IMG/VR virus record: IMGVR_UViG_3300042453_004282
Coordinates: 228 to 64,227 of that record
DNA: 64,000 nucleotides
Strand: one strand, 5' to 3'
Origin: a virus
Taxonomy: Duplodnaviria > Caudoviricetes
This document shows positions 54,742-64,000 of the stretch, piece by piece. The stretch's first letter is position 1. Each line of letters starts with the position of its first letter. A program made the translations under genes and the position numbers. The notes beneath the pieces were generated by a model. The model did no database searches, was not told the origin of the DNA, and saw nothing but the letters and a program-made list of their open reading frames with translations.

Positions 54742-55689
54742 ATGAGGATGCCCATGGCAAGCATAAATGTGATGAGAATAAAGAGATCTGACACCCCCGG
54801 TAAAATCCCTTTGGTTGCAGACTTGCAGCTTGGCGAACTTGCGGTAAATACCCATGAGGGACGAGCGTTTACGGTAAAGGAAATCAACGGCGTAAAGACT
54901 GTCGTAGACCTCGGTATGCCGGTTGAATATGCAACCGTTTCATCTTCTTCCATAGGCAGCGCCGTTAATTTTGATGTAAAGTCTAACGCTACGCTATATT
55001 ACTCGTCAGCCGCACAAAACACATGGACCTTGAATGTGCGCGGCTCCTCTGCGGTTTCGTTGAATGACTTTTTATCAACAAATCAACAAATTGAGATCAG
55101 TCTCTTCACGAGAAATGGAACTACGGCGTATGGTATTACGCAATTCTTCATCGACGGGGTAGAATATTTTCCTCTGTGGGAAAATACCGATACACCTACA
55201 CCAAATTCAAACTCAATTGATTGTTATATGTTCAAGATTATCAAGACTGCGGCCTCGCAATTTTTGGTGTTTGCGAAATTCTCTACACACGGGTCAAACG
55301 TCACAACCACAACGACGACCTCTACGACCTCTACGACCTCTACGACAACGACGGCTGCGCCAACCACTACCACGACTTCTACGACGACCACAGAAGCGCC
55401 AGCAACCACCACGACCACAACAGCCGCTCCAACAACGACCACCACAGTTTCGTGTGTGTACATGTATACACTGACTGGTCCGTTCTCTACCGCATATGAA
55501 GCGTGTGTGGCCTCTGCTGCGGCAGATGTGACGCTCTATCTCGGCAGCGGTTCCCTGTATTACACTGATAGCCAATGCACCACCTTGTTCACTGGTAATG
55601 GCTATTATCTCATCGACGGAACTTCACCGAAACAGTATATCCAGTTCAACTACGGAACTGTTTCATCTGGTCCGTCTACCTGTGCTTAA
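54742..55689 (+). CDS. Modular fibre-associated protein with Thr tract and Cys module
   Basis: IKRS..PGK.P...L..GELAVNT N-module, Thr tract, C-terminal Cys module; start may be ATG 54754. Confidence 0.8.
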   Translation: MRMPMASINVMRIKRSDTPGKIPLVADLQLGELAVNTHEGRAFTVKEINGVKTVVDLGMPVEYATVSSSSIGSAVNFDVKSNATLYYSSAAQNTWTLNVRGSSAVSLNDFLSTNQQIEISLFTRNGTTAYGITQFFIDGVEYFPLWENTDTPTPNSNSIDCYMFKIIKTAASQFLVFAKFSTHGSNVTTTTTTSTTSTTSTTTTAAPTTTTTSTTTTEAPATTTTTTAAPTTTTTVSCVYMYTLTGPFSTAYEACVASAAADVTLYLGSGSLYYTDSQCTTLFTGNGYYLIDGTSPKQYIQFNYGTVSSGPSTCA

Positions 55690-55701
55690 TTGAGGTTATA
55701 C

Positions 55702-58700
55702 ATGTCAACCACGACGACTACCACATCAACTACAACCACGACTACAGCAGCCCCCACTACGGATATCCGCTACATCACGGTGCGGATAAAGAGGTCGGCT
55801 GTCCCGAATAAAATCCCTACCGTAGATGATTTGGAACTTGGCGAGTTGGCATTAAACACATACGACGGCAAGCTCTACACATTAAAGTCAACCGGTCCAG
55901 TAAAAACCGTTGTGCATCTCAGTGAAGGTAAGACCTATACCGCTGGGGATGGTATCGAAATTGACGGCACCACGATCAACAACACAGGCGTCACATACAT
56001 TTCCGGTGGAGATAATATCTCGGTCACAGAGAACACCGGAAATGTAGTTGTCTCGTTTGACGGTGTGTTGGGAATTGATCAAGGTGGCACTGGAGAGACT
56101 ACTGCGAATGCCGCATTCAATGCGCTGGCTCCAACTCAAACTAGCCACGCTGGTAAGTTCTTGCGGACAGACGGCAGCGACACTGAATGGGAAGAAATCA
56201 CGGCGACTTTCTTAACCGATACGTTGGGTTTCACTCCGGTAAATAGAGCCGGGGATACCATGCAAGGCAATTTGAACTTTGCAGAGACCCATCGTATCAC
56301 AAATCTCCCGGAACCAGAATTAGGCAACCAACCTGCCACAAAAAATTACGTTGATAACGCAATCACCGGGTTACACTGGAAGCCCTCCGTTGCGGTATTT
56401 GCAGACAGTCATGTCAATCTATCGGTTGGCCCATGGACAATTGACGGCTATACCATATCGACGAATGAGCGCATACTGTTAACCAATCAAACCGCAGATG
56501 CTCAAAATGGTATCTGGGTGCTTAACAGTGACTCAACATTTTCTCGCCCAGTAGATGCTAATAGTTTCGAGAAGCTTAATGCGGCTGCCGTGTTTGTTCA
56601 GCACGGCACTACCTATGGCGACACGGGGTGGGTTCAGGTAACACAATTAACATCATTCGCTGGTCAAGAATGGGATCAATTTACCGGCGGCGGCAGTCTC
56701 AGTGCTGGAGAAGGTATCAGCATTATCGGAAACGTCATCTCAAACACTGGCGTACAGCGAGTAACGGCTGGTACAGGAATATCTCTCACGGGCGAAACCG
56801 GAGAAGTTGATATTTCGCTAGATGGACCGGTCTCCATAGAAAATGGCGGTACGGGTGAGACAACAGCAAACGATGCTATCAATGCACTTCTTCCAACGCA
56901 GACTGGGAAATCTGGTGGCATATTGACCACAGATGGTATTGATGTGCGATGGCTGCAACTCGCGTCGGAGGAGTACGCCTCGGCAAACACCTATCATGTC
57001 AGTAAGACGGGTGACGATATCACAGGGGACGGCACTACACTTCGTCCATTCAGAACAGTTCGTCGTGCAGTCGATCTCGCAGGAATTGCGACTATTAACG
57101 ATCCGATTGTCATTCGAATCGGTTCGGGGCGATACATTGAAGATGGTGATGTGTTGTTCCGTCCATGGGTATTCTTTGTTGGTGAACATCATCAAGATGT
57201 GCGCATCACGGCTGATGCGTTTGGGTTGCACGAAGATTTCGAAGGCACTGATGACCTTCGGTCTGGTGCGATAAATCTAACGCTAGATGGCCCATCACAT
57301 TTTGATTTTGCTACGATTGACTCTGATGCAGGTAAGCTGTTCTTTGAGAGCGTCAATTTCAATTCAGCCTATGAAGTAACATCGAACTCCACGGTCAACC
57401 AGATTTTCGTTGAGAACGGATGGATGTTCAGCACCGTAGTGCTGCAAGGTGGAACGCACAACTTCAACGGCACCTACTTCTTTTCAAACTGCTTCATATC
57501 ACAGGCTGCAACCACAGACGGAAATTGCATATTTACGAATGTGTCGTTGCAATCCGTGTCATTGGATATCTCGGATTTTGCGCTAGGAACCATAACGGCG
57601 TTCTTCATCAGTTCTCCGATCCAAGGATCGTTATATGTTGATGGTTCATATGGTGCGGTGCATGCCACATCAAACTCTCTTCCACCAAAAGACGATATAA
57701 CCTTTATCGCATCTATTGCCAACCCTCCAGCAAGTTTAGTTCGTCTGAATGATGCATTTGGCACATTGTACGACCCCACCACACCTCAAGATTGGTTGGA
57801 TCTTGGGGCAACATTATACAACACAGTCGGAGACTTGATTTTTGATGTCAGCAGTGCGCTTGATGCGAGCGTCAAATACACTGCGCAAAACTCGGCAAAT
57901 TGGACCGAAGTTGGGCACACGACACCAACTACAAATAAAGACGCGATTGATATCCTAGTTGCTGAGAACTACGAGCGTTGGAAAAATCTTCGCACCGTCA
58001 CGCAAATCTCCAGCAATATCACACTTCCCGCTACTGTCACTAGCCCATCACCTAGCTATAATCCAGACGAAAGCACTTCTGTTATTCTGGCGGATGCGTC
58101 AGTCGCCTCCATCACGGTCACCCTTCCGAACGCCGCCGACTGGGAAAAGAAGTTCTACACGATCAAAAAGATTGATGATACGCCAAATCTTGTGACGCTT
58201 CAAGCAGTGTCCGGACAAAAGATTGACGGGGACACTTCCTTCATTTTGTCTGGCCAGAATAACCAAATCACCATCATTTCAGATGGCAGTAATTGGTATG
58301 AATTGTCCTCGACGGCATCTTCTGGATACACCGGATCTCGCGGCGTTCCGGGTTATACCGGATCACAAGGAGAACAGGGCGCGAAAGGTGACATTGGGTA
58401 TACGGGGTCGCAAGGACCGGAGGGGCCACCGGGTCCACCGACTGGTTATACAGGATCGCGGGGTGAACAGGGTGCCATTGGATATACTGGTTCACAGGGT
58501 ATACCCGGACCTCCAAGTGGATATACAGGATCTCAGGGCGAACAAGGACCGATGGGATTCACTGGATACACGGGGTCTCAGGGAGTAGAAGGGCCGATTG
58601 GACCACCGGGGCCGCAGGGTCCAGCCGGTGGGTATACCGGGTCTCGCGGTGAAACTGGCTACACCGGTTCTCAGGGAGAGCAAGGCCCTGCTGGCGGTTA

Positions 58701-60222
58701 CACCGGTTCTCGTGGTGAGATTGGCTACACCGGCTCTCAAGGTATACCCGGAGTTGACGGTGTGTCTGCTGGAACTACCTTCAAATACGAATATCGCAAT
58801 CTTACATCATCTGCTGCTGGATTGGGTGAAGTAAATTTCAATTCAGTGAGTTTGTCATCTGCTACGGTGATCCGCCTTCACTACACCGATGCGCGATTTG
58901 TCAATAACAAGGACTTCTTCACGAATATTACGAGTGGCAGTTCTACCATTCGTGCGTATCTGATCTTCACCAAAGAAAGCGATCCTTCAACCTTCGCCAT
59001 CTATTCCATTCTGGCGGCAGCAACGGATGATGTCACCAATAGCAATATCTCATACACTATCAGTTTTGTCTCTGGGTCATCGTCGATTATCTACAGCGAT
59101 TCTGATCCTGTCTTGATTTCTTTTGTTCGCACTGGAGATCGCGGTGACACGGGATATGTTGGCTCCGTTGGCCCCATAGGATATACGGGGTCACGAGGAG
59201 AGTCTGGGTTGGTAGGCGGATCTACTTTTCCATATCAATATGACACTTCCGTGTTCTCTGATGCAACACCGGGAATTGTTCGTTTCACTTCAGTCAATTT
59301 TACAACCGCAGGAATCATGCGGCTCCATGATATTGATCGTGACGGGAATGACAACTACGGATTCTACACATTCATCAGCACAATCAGCAACACAAATAAA
59401 GCGTTTGTCACACTTCTAGATCGATCTGATTCCACGAATTTTGTCATTTTCAGAGTGACAGGAATGACATATGTTGGCCCCGGAGGATATTATCAGTATG
59501 ATGTTCAGTATGTCACGGGTGTCACCTCTTTCACGCAGGGGACTCTTGTTGAGGTAAATTTTGTTCCCTTTGGAGACGCTGGCGCAACAGGTTACACGGG
59601 ATCTAGTGGCACGAATGGGTATACGGGGTCCAGAGGAGAAATTGGATATACTGGATCCAGTTCAACCACCCTGACGACAACAAATGACACCACGACGGCA
59701 TCGTTGTATCCAGTTATGGTGGCCGCAACGGGAAGCGGCCAATCTCCAAAAATCAATACATCAGATTTTTCGTTTGATGCGTCTACTGGAAAGCTTACCC
59801 TTAAGACGCTCAAGATAACAGGGGCATTGAACATTCAAGAAGCGTTCGAAGTGGTAAGCGTGGTGCCTTCAGGTATTTCTGAAGCCAATAGTTATTATGC
59901 CAACACACAAAGCATCGTGTATTTCACCGGAGACTCTACGGGAAATTGGACGATGAACTTCGTTGGAGACGGAAGCACCTCATTAAATTCAATCATGGAA
60001 ACTGGTCAAAGTTTGACTTTGACGCTGTTAGTAACACATGGGGCTACGGGACATTATGAAACCGCTACATCCGTGGATGGCACTCCGATCACGGTAAAGT
60101 GGTTGAATGGCATATCTCCTGCTACCGCAACACCAAATACAATTTCTGCCTACACCTATTCTATCGTCAAAACGGCGTCGAACACATTTACGGTGTTCGG
60201 TTCTATTGCTCGGTTTGGATAA
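55702..60222 (+). CDS. Long tail fibre with N-terminal Thr tract and collagen-like GYTGS repeats
   Basis: MSTTTTTT..., IKRS..GELALNT module, ATKNYVD, Gly-X-Y/GYTGSxG repeats at about 58324-58760 and later. Confidence 0.85.
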   Translation: MSTTTTTTSTTTTTTAAPTTDIRYITVRIKRSAVPNKIPTVDDLELGELALNTYDGKLYTLKSTGPVKTVVHLSEGKTYTAGDGIEIDGTTINNTGVTYISGGDNISVTENTGNVVVSFDGVLGIDQGGTGETTANAAFNALAPTQTSHAGKFLRTDGSDTEWEEITATFLTDTLGFTPVNRAGDTMQGNLNFAETHRITNLPEPELGNQPATKNYVDNAITGLHWKPSVAVFADSHVNLSVGPWTIDGYTISTNERILLTNQTADAQNGIWVLNSDSTFSRPVDANSFEKLNAAAVFVQHGTTYGDTGWVQVTQLTSFAGQEWDQFTGGGSLSAGEGISIIGNVISNTGVQRVTAGTGISLTGETGEVDISLDGPVSIENGGTGETTANDAINALLPTQTGKSGGILTTDGIDVRWLQLASEEYASANTYHVSKTGDDITGDGTTLRPFRTVRRAVDLAGIATINDPIVIRIGSGRYIEDGDVLFRPWVFFVGEHHQDVRITADAFGLHEDFEGTDDLRSGAINLTLDGPSHFDFATIDSDAGKLFFESVNFNSAYEVTSNSTVNQIFVENGWMFSTVVLQGGTHNFNGTYFFSNCFISQAATTDGNCIFTNVSLQSVSLDISDFALGTITAFFISSPIQGSLYVDGSYGAVHATSNSLPPKDDITFIASIANPPASLVRLNDAFGTLYDPTTPQDWLDLGATLYNTVGDLIFDVSSALDASVKYTAQNSANWTEVGHTTPTTNKDAIDILVAENYERWKNLRTVTQISSNITLPATVTSPSPSYNPDESTSVILADASVASITVTLPNAADWEKKFYTIKKIDDTPNLVTLQAVSGQKIDGDTSFILSGQNNQITIISDGSNWYELSSTASSGYTGSRGVPGYTGSQGEQGAKGDIGYTGSQGPEGPPGPPTGYTGSRGEQGAIGYTGSQGIPGPPSGYTGSQGEQGPMGFTGYTGSQGVEGPIGPPGPQGPAGGYTGSRGETGYTGSQGEQGPAGGYTGSRGEIGYTGSQGIPGVDGVSAGTTFKYEYRNLTSSAAGLGEVNFNSVSLSSATVIRLHYTDARFVNNKDFFTNITSGSSTIRAYLIFTKESDPSTFAIYSILAAATDDVTNSNISYTISFVSGSSSIIYSDSDPVLISFVRTGDRGDTGYVGSVGPIGYTGSRGESGLVGGSTFPYQYDTSVFSDATPGIVRFTSVNFTTAGIMRLHDIDRDGNDNYGFYTFISTISNTNKAFVTLLDRSDSTNFVIFRVTGMTYVGPGGYYQYDVQYVTGVTSFTQGTLVEVNFVPFGDAGATGYTGSSGTNGYTGSRGEIGYTGSSSTTLTTTNDTTTASLYPVMVAATGSGQSPKINTSDFSFDASTGKLTLKTLKITGALNIQEAFEVVSVVPSGISEANSYYANTQSIVYFTGDSTGNWTMNFVGDGSTSLNSIMETGQSLTLTLLVTHGATGHYETATSVDGTPITVKWLNGISPATATPNTISAYTYSIVKTASNTFTVFGSIARFG

Positions 60223-60223
60223 T

Positions 60224-60934
60224 ATGCCTACGCAATCTGTCTTGGGTCTTGGTGCGAGAGCGTTTCGTGGATATGGCGCTGCAACGACCACAACCACAAC
60301 CTCTACCACCACAACGACCCCGCCCACTATCCCACTTGTATATCTAGATGCCTCCATTCCGGCATCATACGGTGGGTCTGGAAGCACATGGTACGATCTT
60401 TCTGGAAATAACAATCATGTGACCCTGTACAATATGTCATACACCACCGATCTCGGTGGAGGGTTTGTGTGCAATGGGTCCACTAGTTCCGCGTATGATT
60501 TTTCGAAGACGTTAGACTTTCCCAACAATGCGTTTTCTATTTGTACATGGGTCAAACAATATTCCACCTCGCCGTTTTATCAACGATATTTGTCTCTAGC
60601 GAACGAAAACGGAGTATTACGCTTGCAAGGTGGATCATACGAAATGTATGTCAGATCCAGTGGCACACTTCAATTTTTGGTCGCCGGAAGTGCTCCGTTA
60701 AATACGGCACAACATGTGTGCGGCATTTGGACAGGCACGACCTTGCAAATTTATGTGAATGGCACATTGATAGGGCAAAATACCGTGGGTGGCAGCATGA
60801 TAGAGAATGATTTGACCTTCTTAATATCTGCGAATTCAGAGTCAATCAACGGGGTAATATACAACATGATGGTGTACGATGTAGCCCTGTCTAGCAGCCA
60901 AGTGTCACAGTTATATACCTCCACTTCACGATAA
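60224..60934 (+). CDS. LamG/concanavalin-like domain protein with Thr linker
   Basis: MPTQSVLGLGARAFRGYG-TTTT...-YLDA...SY.GSGSTWYDLSGN...IYVNG...VYD.ALS. Confidence 0.8.
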   Translation: MPTQSVLGLGARAFRGYGAATTTTTTSTTTTTPPTIPLVYLDASIPASYGGSGSTWYDLSGNNNHVTLYNMSYTTDLGGGFVCNGSTSSAYDFSKTLDFPNNAFSICTWVKQYSTSPFYQRYLSLANENGVLRLQGGSYEMYVRSSGTLQFLVAGSAPLNTAQHVCGIWTGTTLQIYVNGTLIGQNTVGGSMIENDLTFLISANSESINGVIYNMMVYDVALSSSQVSQLYTSTSR

Positions 60935-60956
60935 ATACTAGAAAAGGCATTCACCC

Positions 60957-61925
60957 ATGATTATCACCACCCGACAAGAACTCAAAGACTATTGTCTGCG
61001 CCGCCTCGGCTTCCCAGTCATCGAAATCAATGTTGACGATGATCAGGTGGAAGACCGTATTCAGGACGCAATCGATTATTGGAATGAATACCACTTTGAT
61101 GGTGTAGAGCGCATTTTTCTGAAGGAACAAATTGAAGCCTCCACCCTCAAACTGGCCACACCAACCGCCAATACCTTCACGGTAAAGGAACGCATTGTCG
61201 GAGAAACCTCTGGGGCTCGTGCGGATGTGCATGCAGTCGCGGGGGCGGATCTATTGAAGATCAGAAAGGTCAACGGCGTGTTCGTGGATGGAGAGACGAT
61301 CACGGGAGTTGAAAGTGGAATCTCTGCCAGTTTAGCGGCTACTGATGCGTATACGATCAAGAACTGGACTAGTGGAGAGTTTGAGGTCAGTGATGCGGTT
61401 ACTGGCGTCATTCGTATCTTCAATCTCGGGACAGCGGGAGGAGTGAGAACTTCAACAAACATTTTCGATGTGGTGTATCAATTCCGGCTGAACGACATGT
61501 ACAACCTGTTGTCGTCTGACCTCATCTACTACAGTCAGGTCAAGACCCATCTGGAACTCTTGGACATGATGTTTTCCGGGGTCCGCACCATACGATTCAA
61601 CCGCAAGCAGAACAAGATTTCTGTAGATGTGAACATGAACGATGTGTTTGTCGAAGGCGATTATGTCGTCTTTGAAGTCTATCGTGTTCTGAATCCCGCT
61701 GACTGGTCAAAGGTGTATAATGACATGTTCATCAAGCGGTACGCCACGGCGCTGATCAAACGCCAATGGGGAAGTAACATGTCGAAGTTCGATGGGATGC
61801 AACTCCCCGGCGGTGTCGTGATGAACGGCACGAAGATTTATCAGGAAGCTGTGGATGAGATCATGAAGTTGGAAGAAGAAATGCAGAGTCGCTACGAATT
61901 GCCGCCGGACTTTTTCGTAGGCTAG
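60957..61925 (+). CDS. gp13: Neck protein gp13
   Basis: RQELKDYCLRRLG.PVIEINVDDDQ and K.QWG.N..KF.G.QLPGG motifs. Confidence 0.93.
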   Translation: MIITTRQELKDYCLRRLGFPVIEINVDDDQVEDRIQDAIDYWNEYHFDGVERIFLKEQIEASTLKLATPTANTFTVKERIVGETSGARADVHAVAGADLLKIRKVNGVFVDGETITGVESGISASLAATDAYTIKNWTSGEFEVSDAVTGVIRIFNLGTAGGVRTSTNIFDVVYQFRLNDMYNLLSSDLIYYSQVKTHLELLDMMFSGVRTIRFNRKQNKISVDVNMNDVFVEGDYVVFEVYRVLNPADWSKVYNDMFIKRYATALIKRQWGSNMSKFDGMQLPGGVVMNGTKIYQEAVDEIMKLEEEMQSRYELPPDFFVG

Positions 61926-61928
61926 ACC

Positions 61929-62663
61929 ATGCCCACCAATTTTTACTTTCAATCTGGCAACACCTCGGGTACGACAAATGAGCAGCGTCTTCTAGAAGAC
62001 CTCATCATTGAAAGTATCACGATCTACGGCCATGATGTGTACTACTTGCCTCGCGTCTCCCAGAAGCAAGACAACATTCTCGGGGAGGATGTGTTAAGTC
62101 GCTTTGAAGAAGCCATTCCGATTGAAATGTACATTGCGAATGTACAAGGCTGGGAGGGAAACGGCGAACTGCTGTCCAAGTTTGGTATTCAAGTGACCCA
62201 TAACGCCACCTTTGTGGTGAGTAAGCGTCGGTGGGAAGATACCGTGGGCGCCAGCGATCTGTTGCAACTCGCGTCTCGTCCTGCGGAAGGCGACCTGATT
62301 TTCTTTCCAAAGACGAACAGCATGTTTGAAATCAAGTTCGTTGAACACTTGAACCCGTTCTATCAACTGGGAAAGATCTACATCTATAGCATGCAGTGCG
62401 AGTTGTACCAGCATAGCTCCGAAGAGTTTATCACCGGAGTTGATGAGATTGACACCAGCGATGATGCCGTGTCACAGAATATCTTCTCATTCCAGATCAT
62501 GACAATGTCTGGAGGATATCTACTTGACCAAAATGGTTTCAGCCTGATCAAGGAAGAATTCTCCACAGAGCAGAATGTTCCATTCAGTGATAACCAGCGC
62601 ATTGAGGCAGAGTCTCGCGACATCTTGGACTTCACGATAAAAAACCCCTTCGGTGAGTTGTAA
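61929..62663 (+). CDS. gp14: Neck protein gp14
   Basis: EQ.L.EDLIIESI.IYG, RP.EGDLI, PFYQLG and NPFG motifs. Confidence 0.93.
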   Translation: MPTNFYFQSGNTSGTTNEQRLLEDLIIESITIYGHDVYYLPRVSQKQDNILGEDVLSRFEEAIPIEMYIANVQGWEGNGELLSKFGIQVTHNATFVVSKRRWEDTVGASDLLQLASRPAEGDLIFFPKTNSMFEIKFVEHLNPFYQLGKIYIYSMQCELYQHSSEEFITGVDEIDTSDDAVSQNIFSFQIMTMSGGYLLDQNGFSLIKEEFSTEQNVPFSDNQRIEAESRDILDFTIKNPFGEL

Positions 62664-62665
62664 CC

Positions 62666-63472
62666 ATGTTCAAGAAGCGTTTCTTTTATCACCAGCACAT
62701 TCGAAAGGCGATCATCGCGTTTGGCGCGGTGTTTAACAACCTGCAAATTCGCAGAACCAACACAGAAGACGAAGTCACCCAAAGTCTTTTTGTGCCGCTG
62801 AGTTATGTGCCTAAGCAGAAGTTCATTGATCGCATCCGAGAGGTGCCGACAATTGACGACACCCGTCAGCCGTTTGCCATCACTCTTCCGCGCATTGGGT
62901 TTGAAATCACCGGCCTGTCCTATGATGCCTCACGGAAATTGATGGTGACGCAACCCGTGCGATCCATTGACGTAGAAGGATTCACCAAGACCGGGTATCG
63001 CGACAGCTTCATCTCAACTCCATACAACATCAATATTTCATTGAGCGTTTATGCCAAGAATCAGGATGACGGGTTGCAAATCGTTGAACAGATTCTCCCA
63101 CATTTCAATCCGGATTTCAATGTCACCATCAACGAAATTCCAGAGCTTGGGGTGAAGCGAGACCTGCAAATTGTATTGGACGGCATCAACTACACGGATG
63201 ATTGGGAGGGCGGTTTTGATAAGCGCCTATCAATTATCTGGGATTTGAACTTCACCATGAAGTTGAACTTCTTCGGCTATGTAAATGACTCCACGCTCAT
63301 CAAGCGCACGATTCAAAATATATACGCCGATATGGAACTGAAGTCTGGCGGTGGACCAACAAACACGGAAATCGGTACTCGCATTACCACCGAAATCGAT
63401 CCATTTGATGCTAACCCATTGGATCCATTTGAATATATCGTGCAGTTTGACAAAATCTACGGATTAGAATAA
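62666..63472 (+). CDS. gp15: Tail sheath stabilizer/terminator gp15
   Basis: FYHQ.IRK.I.AFG..FN, VPL.Y.PKQKF, LPR..FE and QIVEQILP.F.P motifs. Confidence 0.93.
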   Translation: MFKKRFFYHQHIRKAIIAFGAVFNNLQIRRTNTEDEVTQSLFVPLSYVPKQKFIDRIREVPTIDDTRQPFAITLPRIGFEITGLSYDASRKLMVTQPVRSIDVEGFTKTGYRDSFISTPYNINISLSVYAKNQDDGLQIVEQILPHFNPDFNVTINEIPELGVKRDLQIVLDGINYTDDWEGGFDKRLSIIWDLNFTMKLNFFGYVNDSTLIKRTIQNIYADMELKSGGGPTNTEIGTRITTEIDPFDANPLDPFEYIVQFDKIYGLE

Positions 63473-63888
63473 TGAAATATACTGGGCTGGAAGAAAAATT
63501 GAATGTGGGAACGGAATTAGAAGGTGCCCCACAGAGGGCGCCTCTCGCGATTGGCTCGCCGCAAGAGGATCATGAGTTTGCGCGTGAAACCATGCACAAC
63601 CTCATCCAGAAAGGCAATGAGGCATTAGAAGGCATCTTGGCGGTGGCGCGTCACAGCGAACACCCCCGGTCCTATGAAGTCGCGGGTCAATTGATCAAAA
63701 CAGTGTCAGACGCTGCAAAAAATCTGATGGAGCTTCAGAAGATCAAGAAAGACTTGGAGACCGAAAAGAACCCCAAGAATGTCACACAAAACAATCTGTT
63801 CGTTGGCTCCACGCACGAGTTGATGAAAATGATGAAGCAACTTCCCGGAGAAGAAATTCTTGCCACGGAAGCAAAAATCGTGGAGTAA
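63472..63888 (+). CDS. gp16: Terminase small subunit gp16
   Basis: D.EFAR, HPRSYEVAGQLIK and NNLFVGST.EL motifs. Confidence 0.92.
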   Translation: MKYTGLEEKLNVGTELEGAPQRAPLAIGSPQEDHEFARETMHNLIQKGNEALEGILAVARHSEHPRSYEVAGQLIKTVSDAAKNLMELQKIKKDLETEKNPKNVTQNNLFVGSTHELMKMMKQLPGEEILATEAKIVE

Positions 63889-63894
63889 CCATAC

Positions 63895-64000
63895 ATGGCC
63901 ACATATAATGGAAACCCGAACCTTAAGCCGGTTGGGTATGAGCATGAATTTACACCAGAACAAATACGAGAAATCATCCGGTGTAAAAATGATCCCATCT
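63895..64000 (+). CDS. gp17: Terminase large subunit gp17 (3' truncated by window)
   Basis: MATYNGNPNLK...FTPEQI.E..RC.NDPI directly after gp16. Confidence 0.88.
   Translation, partial: MATYNGNPNLKPVGYEHEFTPEQIREIIRCKNDPI

Noticed and set aside
42213-55463. Val-rich minus-strand ORFs as membrane proteins
   Set aside because: Antisense shadows of ACN Thr codons in the plus-strand genes.
1-64000. Stop-codon reassignment, tRNA/rRNA genes, introns or inteins
   Set aside because: Core genes are intact in code 11 and end in TAA, TAG or TGA; no tRNA, rRNA, intron or intein signature was recognised by eye, and no scan was run.

Overview
This window is part of a large T4-like (cyanophage-type gene order) myovirus genome in the standard genetic code. 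(1) 1-3.3 kb is a conspicuously GC-rich module: an ArdC-like antirestriction gene plus five small ORFs, each behind its own repeated sigma70 promoter/stem-loop/RBS cassette. (2) 3.5-3.75 kb is a non-coding array of four sigma54-consensus sites at 28-bp period followed directly by about eight co-oriented DnaA boxes, mostly at 12-bp period. (3) 4-15.4 kb holds auxiliary and replication genes: purA, uvsE, amidase, guaC, phoH, exonuclease, SleB-like hydrolase, gp33, gp59, gp32. (4) 15.4-40 kb holds tail/baseplate genes: a tape-measure-like protein with repeated QLDLF beta-clamp motifs, gp51/gp26 joined by a candidate -1 frameshift, gp54, gp2, gp4, gp48, gp53, split gp5, gp25, gp6, gp7, gp8. (5) 40-61 kb is a fibre island where five structural proteins carry mucin-like Thr tracts, interleaved with glycosyltransferases and a methyltransferase. 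(6) The window ends with gp13-gp16 and the start of gp17. The best candidates for undescribed systems are a host-replication sponge (DnaA-box/sigma54 DNA array plus a multivalent clamp-binding protein) and phage-encoded O-glycosylation of mucin-like virion proteins. All family assignments come from motif recognition and synteny; no database search or computation was run.
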